Sequence record: NC_073314.1
DNA: 45,805 nt
Direction: 5' to 3' (one strand)
Origin: Escherichia virus fEg-Eco19
Positions 17,285 through 26,330 of the stretch are shown here, piece after piece (the first letter of the stretch is position 1; each line of letters opens with the position of its first letter). A program made the position numbers and the translations under genes. The notes beneath the pieces are model-generated. The model saw only the letters and a program-made list of their open reading frames with translations, was not told the origin of the DNA and did not search any database.

Positions 17285-18451
17285 ATGGCTACAACTCCTT
17301 TTAAGGGCGCGAATACAGCGCAATTCTATGTGGCGGAAGTGACCCCGGGCGTAACCCCAGACAGCCCTGTCTGGTCGCCGCTGCGCAATACGGGCGGTGT
17401 TCCTGCGGTAACCCGCGATGCGCTGACTTCCAACGAACTCGACGGCAGCAGAGAAACCACATCCATCCGCACCGGTAACAAACAGGTTAGCGGGGAGTAC
17501 GCCATCGAACTTAGCTCACGTAGCCAGGATGATTTCCTTGCGGGTGCTATGACTTCTACGTGGCAGGACGGGGTAGAGATTACGGGTGCTGAAATTACGG
17601 TCGCTCCAGCAGGTAAAACATTCACCCGCGCTGCCGGTAGCTTCATTACTGACGGTGTAGAGGTTGGCGACCTGATTGCATTCACCGACTTAACCGGCGA
17701 CAACGCAAAACCGTTTATCGTGACCGCGGTCGAGGCGCTCGTAGTAACAGGCGCAGGCATTCAGCACACGCTGACAGCAGAGACAAAAACCAGTAAGGCT
17801 AAGACCGGGGATAAACTGGAAACCGGTAACGCATGTAAGACGTTCTCTATCCTGACATGGTTCAAAGGACAGTGCGGGAACCCTGACGCGTGCATGTTGA
17901 CCAAAGGCGTGGAAATCTCCGGTTTTACTATCGAGCAGGCCGTGAACGCGATGGTGACAGGCAGCTTCCCGTTCATCGGTCTGAGTCAGGAAATTCTTAC
18001 CGCGCCGCCAGCAGGTTCCGACTTCTCCCAGGTTACGTTCACCGATGAGCCGTTCTCGTCTGTAGATGTGTCTGTGTTCGACGGCTCTACTCCGTTGCGT
18101 TGCGATACTCTTACCATCACCAACGACAACGGCGCATCCGCTCAGTTTGAACTAGGGAACAGTAGCGTTGCGTTCGTGGAACGCGGCCGCGCAGCTAACA
18201 CATTCTCCATCTCTGGTAAGCTGTACGACATGGCGATGATTCAGAAGTTTATCAACGAACAGCAGGTAGAGATTAACTCTATTCTGGCGGGGGTAAACGG
18301 GGCTATGTCTTTCAGCCTGAAACGTGCCGAGTTGACCGCAGTTACGCCAGAAATATCTGGCCCAGAATCAATCACCCAGAGCATAGAGGGACAGTCCACC
18401 GGCAATCAGTACCAGTCATCTATCGTAATTCAGCGTATTAGTTACACATAA
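17285..18451 (+). CDS. major tail protein (by position and size)
   Basis: 388-aa ORF upstream of G/GT chaperone and tape measure; followed by terminator. Confidence 0.5.
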   Translation: MATTPFKGANTAQFYVAEVTPGVTPDSPVWSPLRNTGGVPAVTRDALTSNELDGSRETTSIRTGNKQVSGEYAIELSSRSQDDFLAGAMTSTWQDGVEITGAEITVAPAGKTFTRAAGSFITDGVEVGDLIAFTDLTGDNAKPFIVTAVEALVVTGAGIQHTLTAETKTSKAKTGDKLETGNACKTFSILTWFKGQCGNPDACMLTKGVEISGFTIEQAVNAMVTGSFPFIGLSQEILTAPPAGSDFSQVTFTDEPFSSVDVSVFDGSTPLRCDTLTITNDNGASAQFELGNSSVAFVERGRAANTFSISGKLYDMAMIQKFINEQQVEINSILAGVNGAMSFSLKRAELTAVTPEISGPESITQSIEGQSTGNQYQSSIVIQRISYT

Positions 18452-18493
18452 CTTGTGGTATAAGAAGAGTAAAGGATAGCTTTAGCGGGCGAA

Positions 18494-18525
18494 AAAGAGA
18501 GGGGTCGTGCCCTCTCTTTCCTTTA
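18494..18525 (+). terminator. rho-independent terminator
   Basis: AAAGAGAGGGG-tcgt-GCCCTCTCTTT followed by T-rich tail. Confidence 0.5.
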
Positions 18526-18558
18526 TACGGTAAATACACGAGCCTGACGAGGTGAATA

Positions 18559-19191
18559 ATGTTCTTGTATGAAGAATTTGAAAAGATACCAGCATCAAAA
18601 CGGGCGGTATCATGCCGTAAAACAATCTGCGGAGTCGGTGTCAACGATGCAGATTTCACCACCAGTATTTTCAACGGCAAAAAGTCTGTTAACCACCCGG
18701 TGTACGATATTTGGTGTGCGATGATATTCAGGTGCTACCATGGGTCCGTTAAGCATCCAACATACTCAGGAGTGGTAGTGTGTGAAGACTGGCTGTATTT
18801 CTCCAACTACTTTAAATGGTACAAAGATAACTACGTAGAGGGTTGGCATGTTGACAAAGATTTGCTTACGGATTCTAAAGAATACTCACCGGATACCTGT
18901 ATATTTGTCCCAAGAGTTTTAAACAACTTTCTAACCGACAGCGCAGCGGCTAGAGGTGACCTACCGATAGGCCTTACTTATAGGAAAACAAACGGCAAGA
19001 TTCGATGCAGGGTTAATAATCCGCTAACCGGGGTGCGCGAAAACTTAGGCGATTTTACCGATTTGGATGAAGCCATCAAGGCCAGAACGCTGCGGAAGTT
19101 AGAGATAGCCGGAGAACTTAAGCCACTTATGGATTCCATAGACGGGAGAATCTATCCGAGGGCCGTTTCTGTAATTAAGGCACAACGATAA
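18559..19191 (+). CDS. HNH endonuclease (YGGRGI/EGW-DKD-YSP family)
   Basis: ICGVGVNDADF...IWCAMIFRCY...YVEGWHVDKD...YSPDTCIFVP; paralog of 24270..24920; AT-rich. Confidence 0.55.
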   Translation: MFLYEEFEKIPASKRAVSCRKTICGVGVNDADFTTSIFNGKKSVNHPVYDIWCAMIFRCYHGSVKHPTYSGVVVCEDWLYFSNYFKWYKDNYVEGWHVDKDLLTDSKEYSPDTCIFVPRVLNNFLTDSAAARGDLPIGLTYRKTNGKIRCRVNNPLTGVRENLGDFTDLDEAIKARTLRKLEIAGELKPLMDSIDGRIYPRAVSVIKAQR

Positions 19192-19196
19192 AACTA

Positions 19197-19220
19197 AGGC
19201 CCCTTTCGGGGCCTTTTTCT
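19197..19220. terminator. bidirectional hairpin terminator
   Basis: AGGCCCC-tttc-GGGGCCT with T-run; sits between convergent genes. Confidence 0.5.
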
Positions 19221-19450
19221 TACTCATCAATGTTACTCCGGTATTCCCGTAACTTCTCCAGGCTTTCAATTGCTTCCGCCAAGTCGGTTCCCGTGTCTTT
19301 GTGCCCGCGAAGGCCCATACACAATAGCTTCTTTAATGCGTGCTGTAGCGCCGGGTCGCGGATGTCGAAGGCGCGTAGCACATCATAAACGTCTACTGTC
19401 ATAGTGCTGCCGTGGGTGTTTGTCATTGTGCGGTTGTATTTATTTGTCAC
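19220..19450 (-). CDS. small hypothetical protein (DUF3310-like pattern)
   Basis: QHALKKLLCMGLRGHKD...DLAEAIESLEKL resembles a common small phage protein family; last gene of a 4-gene minus-strand operon. Confidence 0.4.
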   Translation of the reverse strand: MTNKYNRTMTNTHGSTMTVDVYDVLRAFDIRDPALQHALKKLLCMGLRGHKDTGTDLAEAIESLEKLREYRSNIDE

Positions 19451-19640
19451 TGTTAACTCTCTTAAATCTGGCTATGCCTGACTCGTTAATGTTGCCTATT
19501 TCAAAGAAGCTGCGATATTTAGGCGAATACATTCTTACGTCGCCGTTCTCTAGGGTGACCCCTTCATATACAGCGCCTACTTCGAATCCATTTTTCTCCG
19601 CGTACGGACTCACATCGGTGCATTCATACATATCTTTCAT
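19440..19640 (-). CDS. small hypothetical protein
   Basis: 66-aa ORF overlapping both neighbours. Confidence 0.4.
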   Translation of the reverse strand: MKDMYECTDVSPYAEKNGFEVGAVYEGVTLENGDVRMYSPKYRSFFEIGNINESGIARFKRVNSDK

Positions 19641-20767
19641 CCCAGCATCTCCGGTGAAATAGTTAAACGTGCGACCTCGCCATATTCGGCACTATAGGTA
19701 ATTACATTTGCACTACGGCCTGACATCCATCCACCGCGCGAGGCGTAGGCGTCTTTAGCCGCCAGGGTGCGGTGTTGCTCAACAATCATGTTACGGCTTT
19801 CCACAATCTTCTGATGGTGGAGGTGGCCTATGTGGGCGTAGCTGTAAACGCTTTCGCCAAATGCTTTGCGGAACTTGGCAATCATAACCGGTTCGATAGC
19901 GTCGAATCGTGCCTTATGCCCGTGGTGAAAGAACAGCGTCGTTTTGCCGTGTTGCACCATCTTGTAAACATCTGGCGACGTATCGACGAACACACGAGGC
20001 TCATTGTCGTACAGCGTACTAAACATCTCAGCTAACCAAATCATTCCGCTTTCGTCGTGGTTTCCTTGCACGATAAGCAAGCGAACATTTTTATGCTTAA
20101 CCAGCGCCATACCGACAACACGGCGGACCATACGAATCATGTAGCGGACAAGTTTCTGATAGCGAGTGTCCGCATCAAGAACGTGACCACTTGCGGGGGT
20201 AACCGCATCCAGACTATCGAAGTGCGCAAGGTCGCCCAGCAGGTTAATAACTCCTGTTCCCGCGTCCGGTGCTTTCTGGAATGCCGCGTCGAACCATCGA
20301 GAGAACAGGTCTTCTGCAATCTTCATGTCCCAGTCGTCGCCGCTCTCGTCGGCCCAGGCCAGCATACCGAGATGGAAATCAGATACAGTGTAAAGATTAA
20401 GTAGTTTATCGTCACGTTTGGCGCGAACGGCTTTAACAGGCGCAACCGGCGTAATCTCTGACTTCATGCCCTCGATTACAGCTTTCATCAACTCGACCTG
20501 ACGTTCTGCGTCAGTGTCGGTCTTAACCCATTGCAGCTTAGTGTTGCCGAACTCGTCCACAAGTGACGATGTGCCTTTAATCTTGTAGCCATCCGGCACA
20601 AGATGGCTAACGTCACGACCGTGACCTACGCCTTTCTTCGCCAGCTTCGCTTTACGGATACGAATAACTCGGTCTGAGATGCCGTATTTACGGGATATGT
20701 CGATAATCTTTGTTCCGGCGTTCAATTCTTCCTGTAACTGTTCGTCGGTTATTTTCTTCTGGGCCAT
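19637..20767 (-). CDS. HTH-domain protein fused to calcineurin-like metallophosphoesterase
   Basis: N-terminal IIDISRKYGISDRVIRIRKAKL (HTH-like); then phosphoesterase motifs DFHLG, GDLAHFD, GNHDE, HHGH, GHLHH; GAGGAAG RBS. Confidence 0.6.
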   Translation of the reverse strand: MAQKKITDEQLQEELNAGTKIIDISRKYGISDRVIRIRKAKLAKKGVGHGRDVSHLVPDGYKIKGTSSLVDEFGNTKLQWVKTDTDAERQVELMKAVIEGMKSEITPVAPVKAVRAKRDDKLLNLYTVSDFHLGMLAWADESGDDWDMKIAEDLFSRWFDAAFQKAPDAGTGVINLLGDLAHFDSLDAVTPASGHVLDADTRYQKLVRYMIRMVRRVVGMALVKHKNVRLLIVQGNHDESGMIWLAEMFSTLYDNEPRVFVDTSPDVYKMVQHGKTTLFFHHGHKARFDAIEPVMIAKFRKAFGESVYSYAHIGHLHHQKIVESRNMIVEQHRTLAAKDAYASRGGWMSGRSANVITYSAEYGEVARLTISPEMLG

Positions 20768-20805
20768 GCTTACTTCCTCGTGTTTAGGATTTGTCCTATA
20801 CTAGC

Positions 20806-20997
20806 TCACTTCTCGTTAACATTCGAGTTGCACGCCCAGATTAAAATAAATACCCACGGCAGCAGAACCCAACCGAGAAACAGGTTAGCCATGAATATCG
20901 CTAATTTAGCTTTATGGCTGCGCATATGCGCCACGAGAAATGGGATAAAATAAACTAAAACGATAATGATTAAGAAGAACATAGTAATACCTGTCAT
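20806..20997 (-). CDS. small membrane protein (2 TM)
   Basis: 63 aa, two hydrophobic helices; first gene downstream of promoter at ~21039-21067. Confidence 0.5.
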   Translation of the reverse strand: MTGITMFFLIIIVLVYFIPFLVAHMRSHKAKLAIFMANLFLGWVLLPWVFILIWACNSNVNEK

Positions 20998-21038
20998 GGG
21001 GTAGCTCCTGTTTGAGTTAACATTGTTGGTGTAAGTGA

Positions 21039-21067
21039 ATAGTACCCTATTATATTGGGGTGTGCAA
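21039..21067 (-). promoter_or_regulatory. sigma70-like promoter (TTGCAC-N17-TACTAT class) with AATAG-N4-CTATT palindrome
   Basis: Near-identical to the 10641-10669 element (shared run GAATAGTACCCTATTATATTGGGGTGTGCAA). Confidence 0.45.
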
Positions 21068-21175
21068 GTAATGTGTTAGAATTATTTTGCGCCTAGTGTC
21101 GCACACGAAAAGCGGGTGGTTCCCGTCTGGCGCATTTACCGTTAACCTGAAACCTCTTAACCAAAGGATTAAAGA

Positions 21176-21595
21176 ATGAAACTTTCTGATTTTTATTTCG
21201 AAGAGAAAGCACTGGTAGGCAAGAAGATGCCGATTCTGCTACCAAACGGCGAAGACTCTGGCGAGTGGCTTAATGTTGTAAGCCCGGATGCAGATGCTGC
21301 CGTTAAAGCGGGGCGTGCTTTCATTATCGCGTACCGTCGCGGGTTGGCGCGCTTTGAAGAACTGGAAAAAGCCGCCAAAGAATCCGGCGACTATACTGAG
21401 TACAACCTGTCGGTTAACGAACTAGCGGAAGACCTCAACCGTCAACTCGCGGCAGAAGTCGTAAACGGCTGGAGTTTTGACGATGAGCCTTTCTCTAAGG
21501 AAGCATTTAACAAATTGCTCGACCAGTTCAAAGGGCTTGGAACACAAGTAGCGGCGTTTCATAACGCTGAACGTAAAGCATTACAGGAAAAGTAG
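21176..21595 (+). CDS. tail assembly chaperone (G-like)
   Basis: 139-aa acidic protein immediately upstream of tape measure. Confidence 0.5.
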   Translation: MKLSDFYFEEKALVGKKMPILLPNGEDSGEWLNVVSPDADAAVKAGRAFIIAYRRGLARFEELEKAAKESGDYTEYNLSVNELAEDLNRQLAAEVVNGWSFDDEPFSKEAFNKLLDQFKGLGTQVAAFHNAERKALQEK

Positions 21596-21960
21596 ACGCG
21601 CTGTACAGGTTCGCCACCTATGAGTTCGTTGATAAGCATAAAATCAGAGAGTTTGATTCTATAGCTGACGGGCACGAACAGGCGCTTATCGCGATGGGTG
21701 TAATCGATAAGAAAAAACGTGCAGCGCGACGGGGCGGGCCAGAATGCCCGCCCCTTTTTATATCCACCTTTGAGACGTATTGCGACATTAAGTTTACGCG
21801 ACACGTGCGCGAGGACGCTGTAGTATTGTTTGCAAGAGAATCCGTTACGTGGCAAGACCTGAAAGCCTATCTCGATGTTACGCAAAAACAGCTTAGCCTG
21901 TTCGAGATAGACATTATCATGGGCTTAGAAGCAATCTTTGAAGGTAGAAATCATGGCTGA
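21577..21960 (+). CDS. -1 frame extension (T segment) of tail assembly chaperone
   Basis: The -1 frame is open from ~21577, overlapping the last 6 codons of G, and runs to 21960; candidate slip at G-GAA-AAG (~21586-21592). Confidence 0.4.
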   Translation, partial: SITGKVDALYRFATYEFVDKHKIREFDSIADGHEQALIAMGVIDKKKRAARRGGPECPPLFISTFETYCDIKFTRHVREDAVVLFARESVTWQDLKAYLDVTQKQLSLFEIDIIMGLEAIFEGRNHG

Positions 21961-24226
21961 TACCGCTAGCTTGATAGTACGAGTATCATCGACCGGCGTC
22001 GATAAAACCACATCACAATTGAACGGGCTTACCAAAGCCGCAGGTGCTGCCGCGGCTGCCGTTGTCAGTCTGGAAACCGCAAAACAGGTGTTCAGTGCGC
22101 TGGTGGACTCTCAGCGCAACTTCGATAAGCTGAACTCCGGCCTCATCACAATGACCGGGAGCGCCGAGAACGCGGCTAAGGCTTTCAGCGTCCTGCAACA
22201 GTTCGCAAAAGAGACTCCATACGGGCTTAACCAGGCGGTTGAGGGCTTCACTAAACTTGTAGCCCTCGGCCTGAACCCCAGCAAAGAGGCGTTAATCTCC
22301 TACGGCAATACCGCCGCTGCGATGGGTAAAGACCTTAATCAGATGATTGAGGCCGTAGCCGACGCCAGTACCTTTGAGTTTGAGCGACTGAAAGAGTTTG
22401 GCATCAAGTCGTCGCAACAGGCGGATACGGTTTCTTTCACGTTCCGTGGCGTAACGACTACTGTTAAGAAGAACTCCGAAGAGATTCAGAAATACCTGCT
22501 AAACATCGGTAACACTGATTTCGCCGGGGCGATGGAGACGCGCTCGAAGACCTTAGACGGTCAGTTATCCAGCTTGGCGGACTCTTTCGATGGTCTTGTA
22601 CTCGCAGTTGCGCAATCAGGTTTCGGCGACGCCGTAGGTGAGCAAGCTGCGAAGGCAGAAGATGCGATCACGGCACTTACCGACGCCATCGCGTCTAATG
22701 AGATAGCCGCCACGCTCCAGGATTGGGTGACACTGTTCAATGAATCGTTCAAGTTTATTTCTGATGCCTTAAACGACCTGGCATACGATACAGAGGACAA
22801 ATCCGTGGATATGTCCGACTCTCTGGGGACTATCCCGGACGCTATTCGTGAATGGTTGCCTGACATCCAGCAGACGTTTCACGAGGTTATTGCGTGGTTC
22901 CAGCGCATTGACGATTACGCCGTAGCGTTAGGTCAGACCCTTGCCGACGTGTTTGACCCGAGCAAAACGGCGGCACTCACATTTAAAAACCTGACCGCAG
23001 AAGCTGACGCCGCATACGTCGCCAGCATAAAACGCGCCGAGGCCGAATCACAGGCCATCACCAACAGGTCTAAGCAGCGTAAGAAAGAAATTGAGGAACA
23101 GCGCAAGCAGTACGACGAGCGCAAGAAGCAAGAAATTGACTTAGCCAGCCTTGTTAATAAAAAAGGTGGAACTGGCGGCACCGGAAACACCGACGATAAA
23201 GACGCGAAAGCCGCCGCTAAGAAAGCGGAGCAATTGCGTAAACAGGCTCAGGATTATCTGGACACTTTGGCCCGTCAGAACAACGACGAGTTAAAGGCTA
23301 TTGACGCCCAGGAACAGCAGAAACTGGCTAAAGCAAAAGAGTTCTACAGCCAGGGCGCGTTGTCTCTGAAAGAATACGAGCAAGCAAAAACAGCTATCGT
23401 CCTCGAAGCCGGACAAAAACGGCAAGATGAACTGGATAAACGCCAGAAAGAAGCCCTGGAAAAGCAGCAGAAAGGCGACGACTTCATGGCCCAGATTATG
23501 GGTCAGAACGCTACTGAGCTTGAGCTTCTCGACATCCAGGAACAGCAGAAGTTGGCGGTAGCCGATAAGTACCGTGAACAGGGTCTGATTAGCGAGAAGC
23601 AGTATCAGGCCGCGCTCAACGCCATCAACGAGCAATACGCCACCAAGCGTGCTGAGGCAACGGCAACGGCCTTTGGTAACATGGCCTCAAATATCGGGTC
23701 CGCGTTGGGCGAGGCTTCTGGCGCATATAAGGCATTCGCTATCGTACAGGCCACTATCGCCACGTACACCGCAGCTATTGAAGCGTATAAGTCAACGGCC
23801 GCTATCCCTGTTGTTGGTCCGTTCCTGGCACCTGTAGCCGCTGCTGCTGCCGTTGGGGCGGGTATGGCGCAGATTTCCGCTATCAGGTCCGCCCGTGAAC
23901 AAGGCGGTCAGTTATCTGCGGGGCAGGCTTCTACTATCGCCGAACGTGGTAAACCAGAAGTTATCATGCCCGCGGGCGCATCGCGGGTTCGCACTGCACA
24001 GCAGATGAAAGAAATTATGGGGCAAAACGGCGGCGGTACCGGGCCGGCCAATATCAGCATTATAAATAACACCAGCGCACAAATTGGTAATACCAGTGTT
24101 GAACAGGACGAAGAAGGCCGCTTGCGTATCATCATAGAGGAGCAAGTTGCTGCTTCACTGCAGAATAGTAACAGCAAAATATCGAAAGCTAGGAAGGCTA
24201 CAAGAAACGCACCCGGCTTTAAGTAG
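21953..24226 (+). CDS. tape measure protein
   Basis: Long Ala/Gln/Lys-rich coiled-coil protein with internal EQQKLA repeats; follows G/GT. Confidence 0.8.
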   Translation: MADTASLIVRVSSTGVDKTTSQLNGLTKAAGAAAAAVVSLETAKQVFSALVDSQRNFDKLNSGLITMTGSAENAAKAFSVLQQFAKETPYGLNQAVEGFTKLVALGLNPSKEALISYGNTAAAMGKDLNQMIEAVADASTFEFERLKEFGIKSSQQADTVSFTFRGVTTTVKKNSEEIQKYLLNIGNTDFAGAMETRSKTLDGQLSSLADSFDGLVLAVAQSGFGDAVGEQAAKAEDAITALTDAIASNEIAATLQDWVTLFNESFKFISDALNDLAYDTEDKSVDMSDSLGTIPDAIREWLPDIQQTFHEVIAWFQRIDDYAVALGQTLADVFDPSKTAALTFKNLTAEADAAYVASIKRAEAESQAITNRSKQRKKEIEEQRKQYDERKKQEIDLASLVNKKGGTGGTGNTDDKDAKAAAKKAEQLRKQAQDYLDTLARQNNDELKAIDAQEQQKLAKAKEFYSQGALSLKEYEQAKTAIVLEAGQKRQDELDKRQKEALEKQQKGDDFMAQIMGQNATELELLDIQEQQKLAVADKYREQGLISEKQYQAALNAINEQYATKRAEATATAFGNMASNIGSALGEASGAYKAFAIVQATIATYTAAIEAYKSTAAIPVVGPFLAPVAAAAAVGAGMAQISAIRSAREQGGQLSAGQASTIAERGKPEVIMPAGASRVRTAQQMKEIMGQNGGGTGPANISIINNTSAQIGNTSVEQDEEGRLRIIIEEQVAASLQNSNSKISKARKATRNAPGFK

Positions 24227-24233
24227 TAACAGA

Positions 24234-24258
24234 AAGGCCCGAAAGGGCCTTATTTCTC
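24234..24258. terminator. hairpin terminator (bidirectional context)
   Basis: AAGGCCC-gaaa-GGGCCTT followed by ATTTCTCC. Confidence 0.5.
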
Positions 24259-24269
24259 CAGCCTCTGGG

Positions 24270-24920
24270 CTAACGACCCTCTTTTATCAAGGCGATAACG
24301 CGGTCGAACATACCTTCCCTTATCGCCTCTATCTCACATCTTCTTGATTCCGCCGCCCTTATCTTTTCAACAATGTAAGCATCTAGCGCTTCTTCCTGAG
24401 TTTCAAAACGTCCTAGATTAATAGTTTTTTTATCACAGCTCACTGAGGCTTTAAATTTACCTCTAGATTCTTCATAAAAAACACCTGTAGGTGTTCCACT
24501 ATTTTTCTTCTCCTTTAGGAAAACATTCAACCATTTCGGGATGAAAATGCAAGTGGTAGGGCTGTATACCTTATTAATACCAGAGAATATGTCCTTATCT
24601 AGCTCCCATCCCTCCACATAATTACAAAGCCACCATCTACGGAAGGACATAAACCTTTGCCACCCATGCCACACAGTTACATCCCTGTACGCAGGCCTTT
24701 TGTTTTTATACTCGGCGTCCACGCAACGTTGGATCATCCCTCGCCATGTAGCGTACGCCAGACACGTCTCACGGCTGCCGTTTATCTTGGGGCTAACCAC
24801 ATAATCGGCGTCATTTATGCCAAAACCACATATAGTTGCGCGCTTAGTTTTGCTGCTTTTGTTCGCAGGATAATTCGCACGCAGCCACATGCTCTTGGCT
24901 ACTTTTTCGGTTGGCATCAT
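24270..24920 (-). CDS. HNH endonuclease (YGGRGI/EGW-DKD-YSP family)
   Basis: Internal ATG with AGGAGA RBS; ICGFGINDADY...YVEGWELDKD...YSPTTCIFIP; paralog of 18559..19191; AT-rich. Confidence 0.55.
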   Translation of the reverse strand: MMPTEKVAKSMWLRANYPANKSSKTKRATICGFGINDADYVVSPKINGSRETCLAYATWRGMIQRCVDAEYKNKRPAYRDVTVWHGWQRFMSFRRWWLCNYVEGWELDKDIFSGINKVYSPTTCIFIPKWLNVFLKEKKNSGTPTGVFYEESRGKFKASVSCDKKTINLGRFETQEEALDAYIVEKIRAAESRRCEIEAIREGMFDRVIALIKEGR

Positions 24921-24955
24921 GTTAGTATCTCCTAAACTAATAGGAGTATCTTGCC

Positions 24956-25456
24956 ATGTCTTCTTTGAAATTTCCAGCAAGTTTAAAGCCGGTGGTGTCG
25001 AAAGGCTACTCAATGACCAGACGTAACAACGTCTGGAGCGTCGATTTAGCTGGCGGAGGTGTACGTCAGGGACGCGACACGTATTACGACGTGTTCCCGA
25101 TAAGCGTAACCCTGATTACATCGGCGCTAGGGCGGCAGGCGTTTCTGTCGTTCCTTGAGAAAGTCGATGGCGGTGCGTCAAGTTTCTGGATGGCACATGA
25201 CTTCGGCATGGGTATCGAGGATTACCAGGTAACAATCACGTCAACCATCGCTGAGTCCACCGAAGACGGGATTAACTGGACAATTACTTTCACGGCAACC
25301 GCTGAGAAATCGCCGTTCCAGGATCTTGAGAACCAGTGCCTGATTAACAATCTGCCGGATTTGTACGGTTGCTATGGTGACGGGCTGGGGTGTTTCCTTA
25401 AAGCCTACGGAACTGCACAATCAACGTTTCCACGAATTTGGGACCCGATGCAATGA
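24956..25456 (+). CDS. minor tail protein (distal tail, M-like by position)
   Basis: First tail gene after tape measure; AGGAG RBS. Confidence 0.45.
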   Translation: MSSLKFPASLKPVVSKGYSMTRRNNVWSVDLAGGGVRQGRDTYYDVFPISVTLITSALGRQAFLSFLEKVDGGASSFWMAHDFGMGIEDYQVTITSTIAESTEDGINWTITFTATAEKSPFQDLENQCLINNLPDLYGCYGDGLGCFLKAYGTAQSTFPRIWDPMQ

Positions 25457-25968
25457 GCCAGGAATCAGTAGAAGCATCCTATCGCCGTAAGCTGGCGTCT
25501 AACCCGGACGGCGAGATGGACTACATCACGTTGCAAATCAGCCACCCGTTGCTATCAAAGACGTACTATCTTGTGCGCGGGCTACAGGAACTTACGGCAA
25601 CACTGGAGACAGGCGAAACTATCACGTTTGAGCCAACCCCGATGGAGGCGTCGGGGGCCGCTAACAATAGTGATATGGACCAGACGACGACGTTTACTCT
25701 ACCGGATATCCTCAATCAACTGGACGATGAGATGGATAAAATCCCGATGAGCAATACTGAGTTGCCGAAGTTCGTATTCCGCCGTTACGTCAGCACCGAC
25801 CTGTCTTACCCGGCTGACGGCCCCGTCGTGTACGAGTTACAGGCCATCAACCAGGAGAAAGGCGAGTTTTCTGCGGATGTTGGTACGCCTATGCTGAACC
25901 AACGAAGCACTGGTATACTGATGACACCTAAAGAGATACCGTTATTACGCGGCCTGTTGACCACATGA
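25438..25968 (+). CDS. minor tail protein (L-like by position)
   Basis: Overlapping gene order typical of siphovirus tail-tip operons. Confidence 0.45.
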   Translation: MGPDAMSQESVEASYRRKLASNPDGEMDYITLQISHPLLSKTYYLVRGLQELTATLETGETITFEPTPMEASGAANNSDMDQTTTFTLPDILNQLDDEMDKIPMSNTELPKFVFRRYVSTDLSYPADGPVVYELQAINQEKGEFSADVGTPMLNQRSTGILMTPKEIPLLRGLLTT

Positions 25969-26330
25969 ATATTAACGACTACACGGGCATACCTTACGAC
26001 TTTCGCAAGCGCAATTGCTGGCATCACGTGTGCATTGTCCGCGCGGATGCCGGGCTAGATACTCCGGCGTTCGACGTTACAAGCCCGACGGCAATTAACG
26101 AAGCGTTTGACGAAGGCCACCGCAACACAAAAGGGCTTACGAAAATTGATAAGCCTGAAAACTTCTGTGCGGTGCTTATGGGGTATCGCCGTGGGGGTCG
26201 TATCGTGTGGCACGCAGGAGTTTACTTCGACGGGATGGTCAGCCATTGCGAGCTTGCCTCACGTCAGGTACGGCTTGACAGGCTGGCGGACCTCAGAGAC
26301 ACGTACACGGAGATTGAATTTTGGCGATAA
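25965..26330 (+). CDS. tail assembly protein candidate (K-like, Cys/His motif)
   Basis: NCWHHV and later His residues suggest an NlpC/P60-like Cys-His core; position. Confidence 0.35.
   Translation: MNINDYTGIPYDFRKRNCWHHVCIVRADAGLDTPAFDVTSPTAINEAFDEGHRNTKGLTKIDKPENFCAVLMGYRRGGRIVWHAGVYFDGMVSHCELASRQVRLDRLADLRDTYTEIEFWR

Noticed and set aside
22013-24177. Several 60-115-aa alternative-frame ORFs inside the tape measure gene
   Set aside because: Embedded in a strongly supported long gene, no RBS or start context, low-complexity translations.
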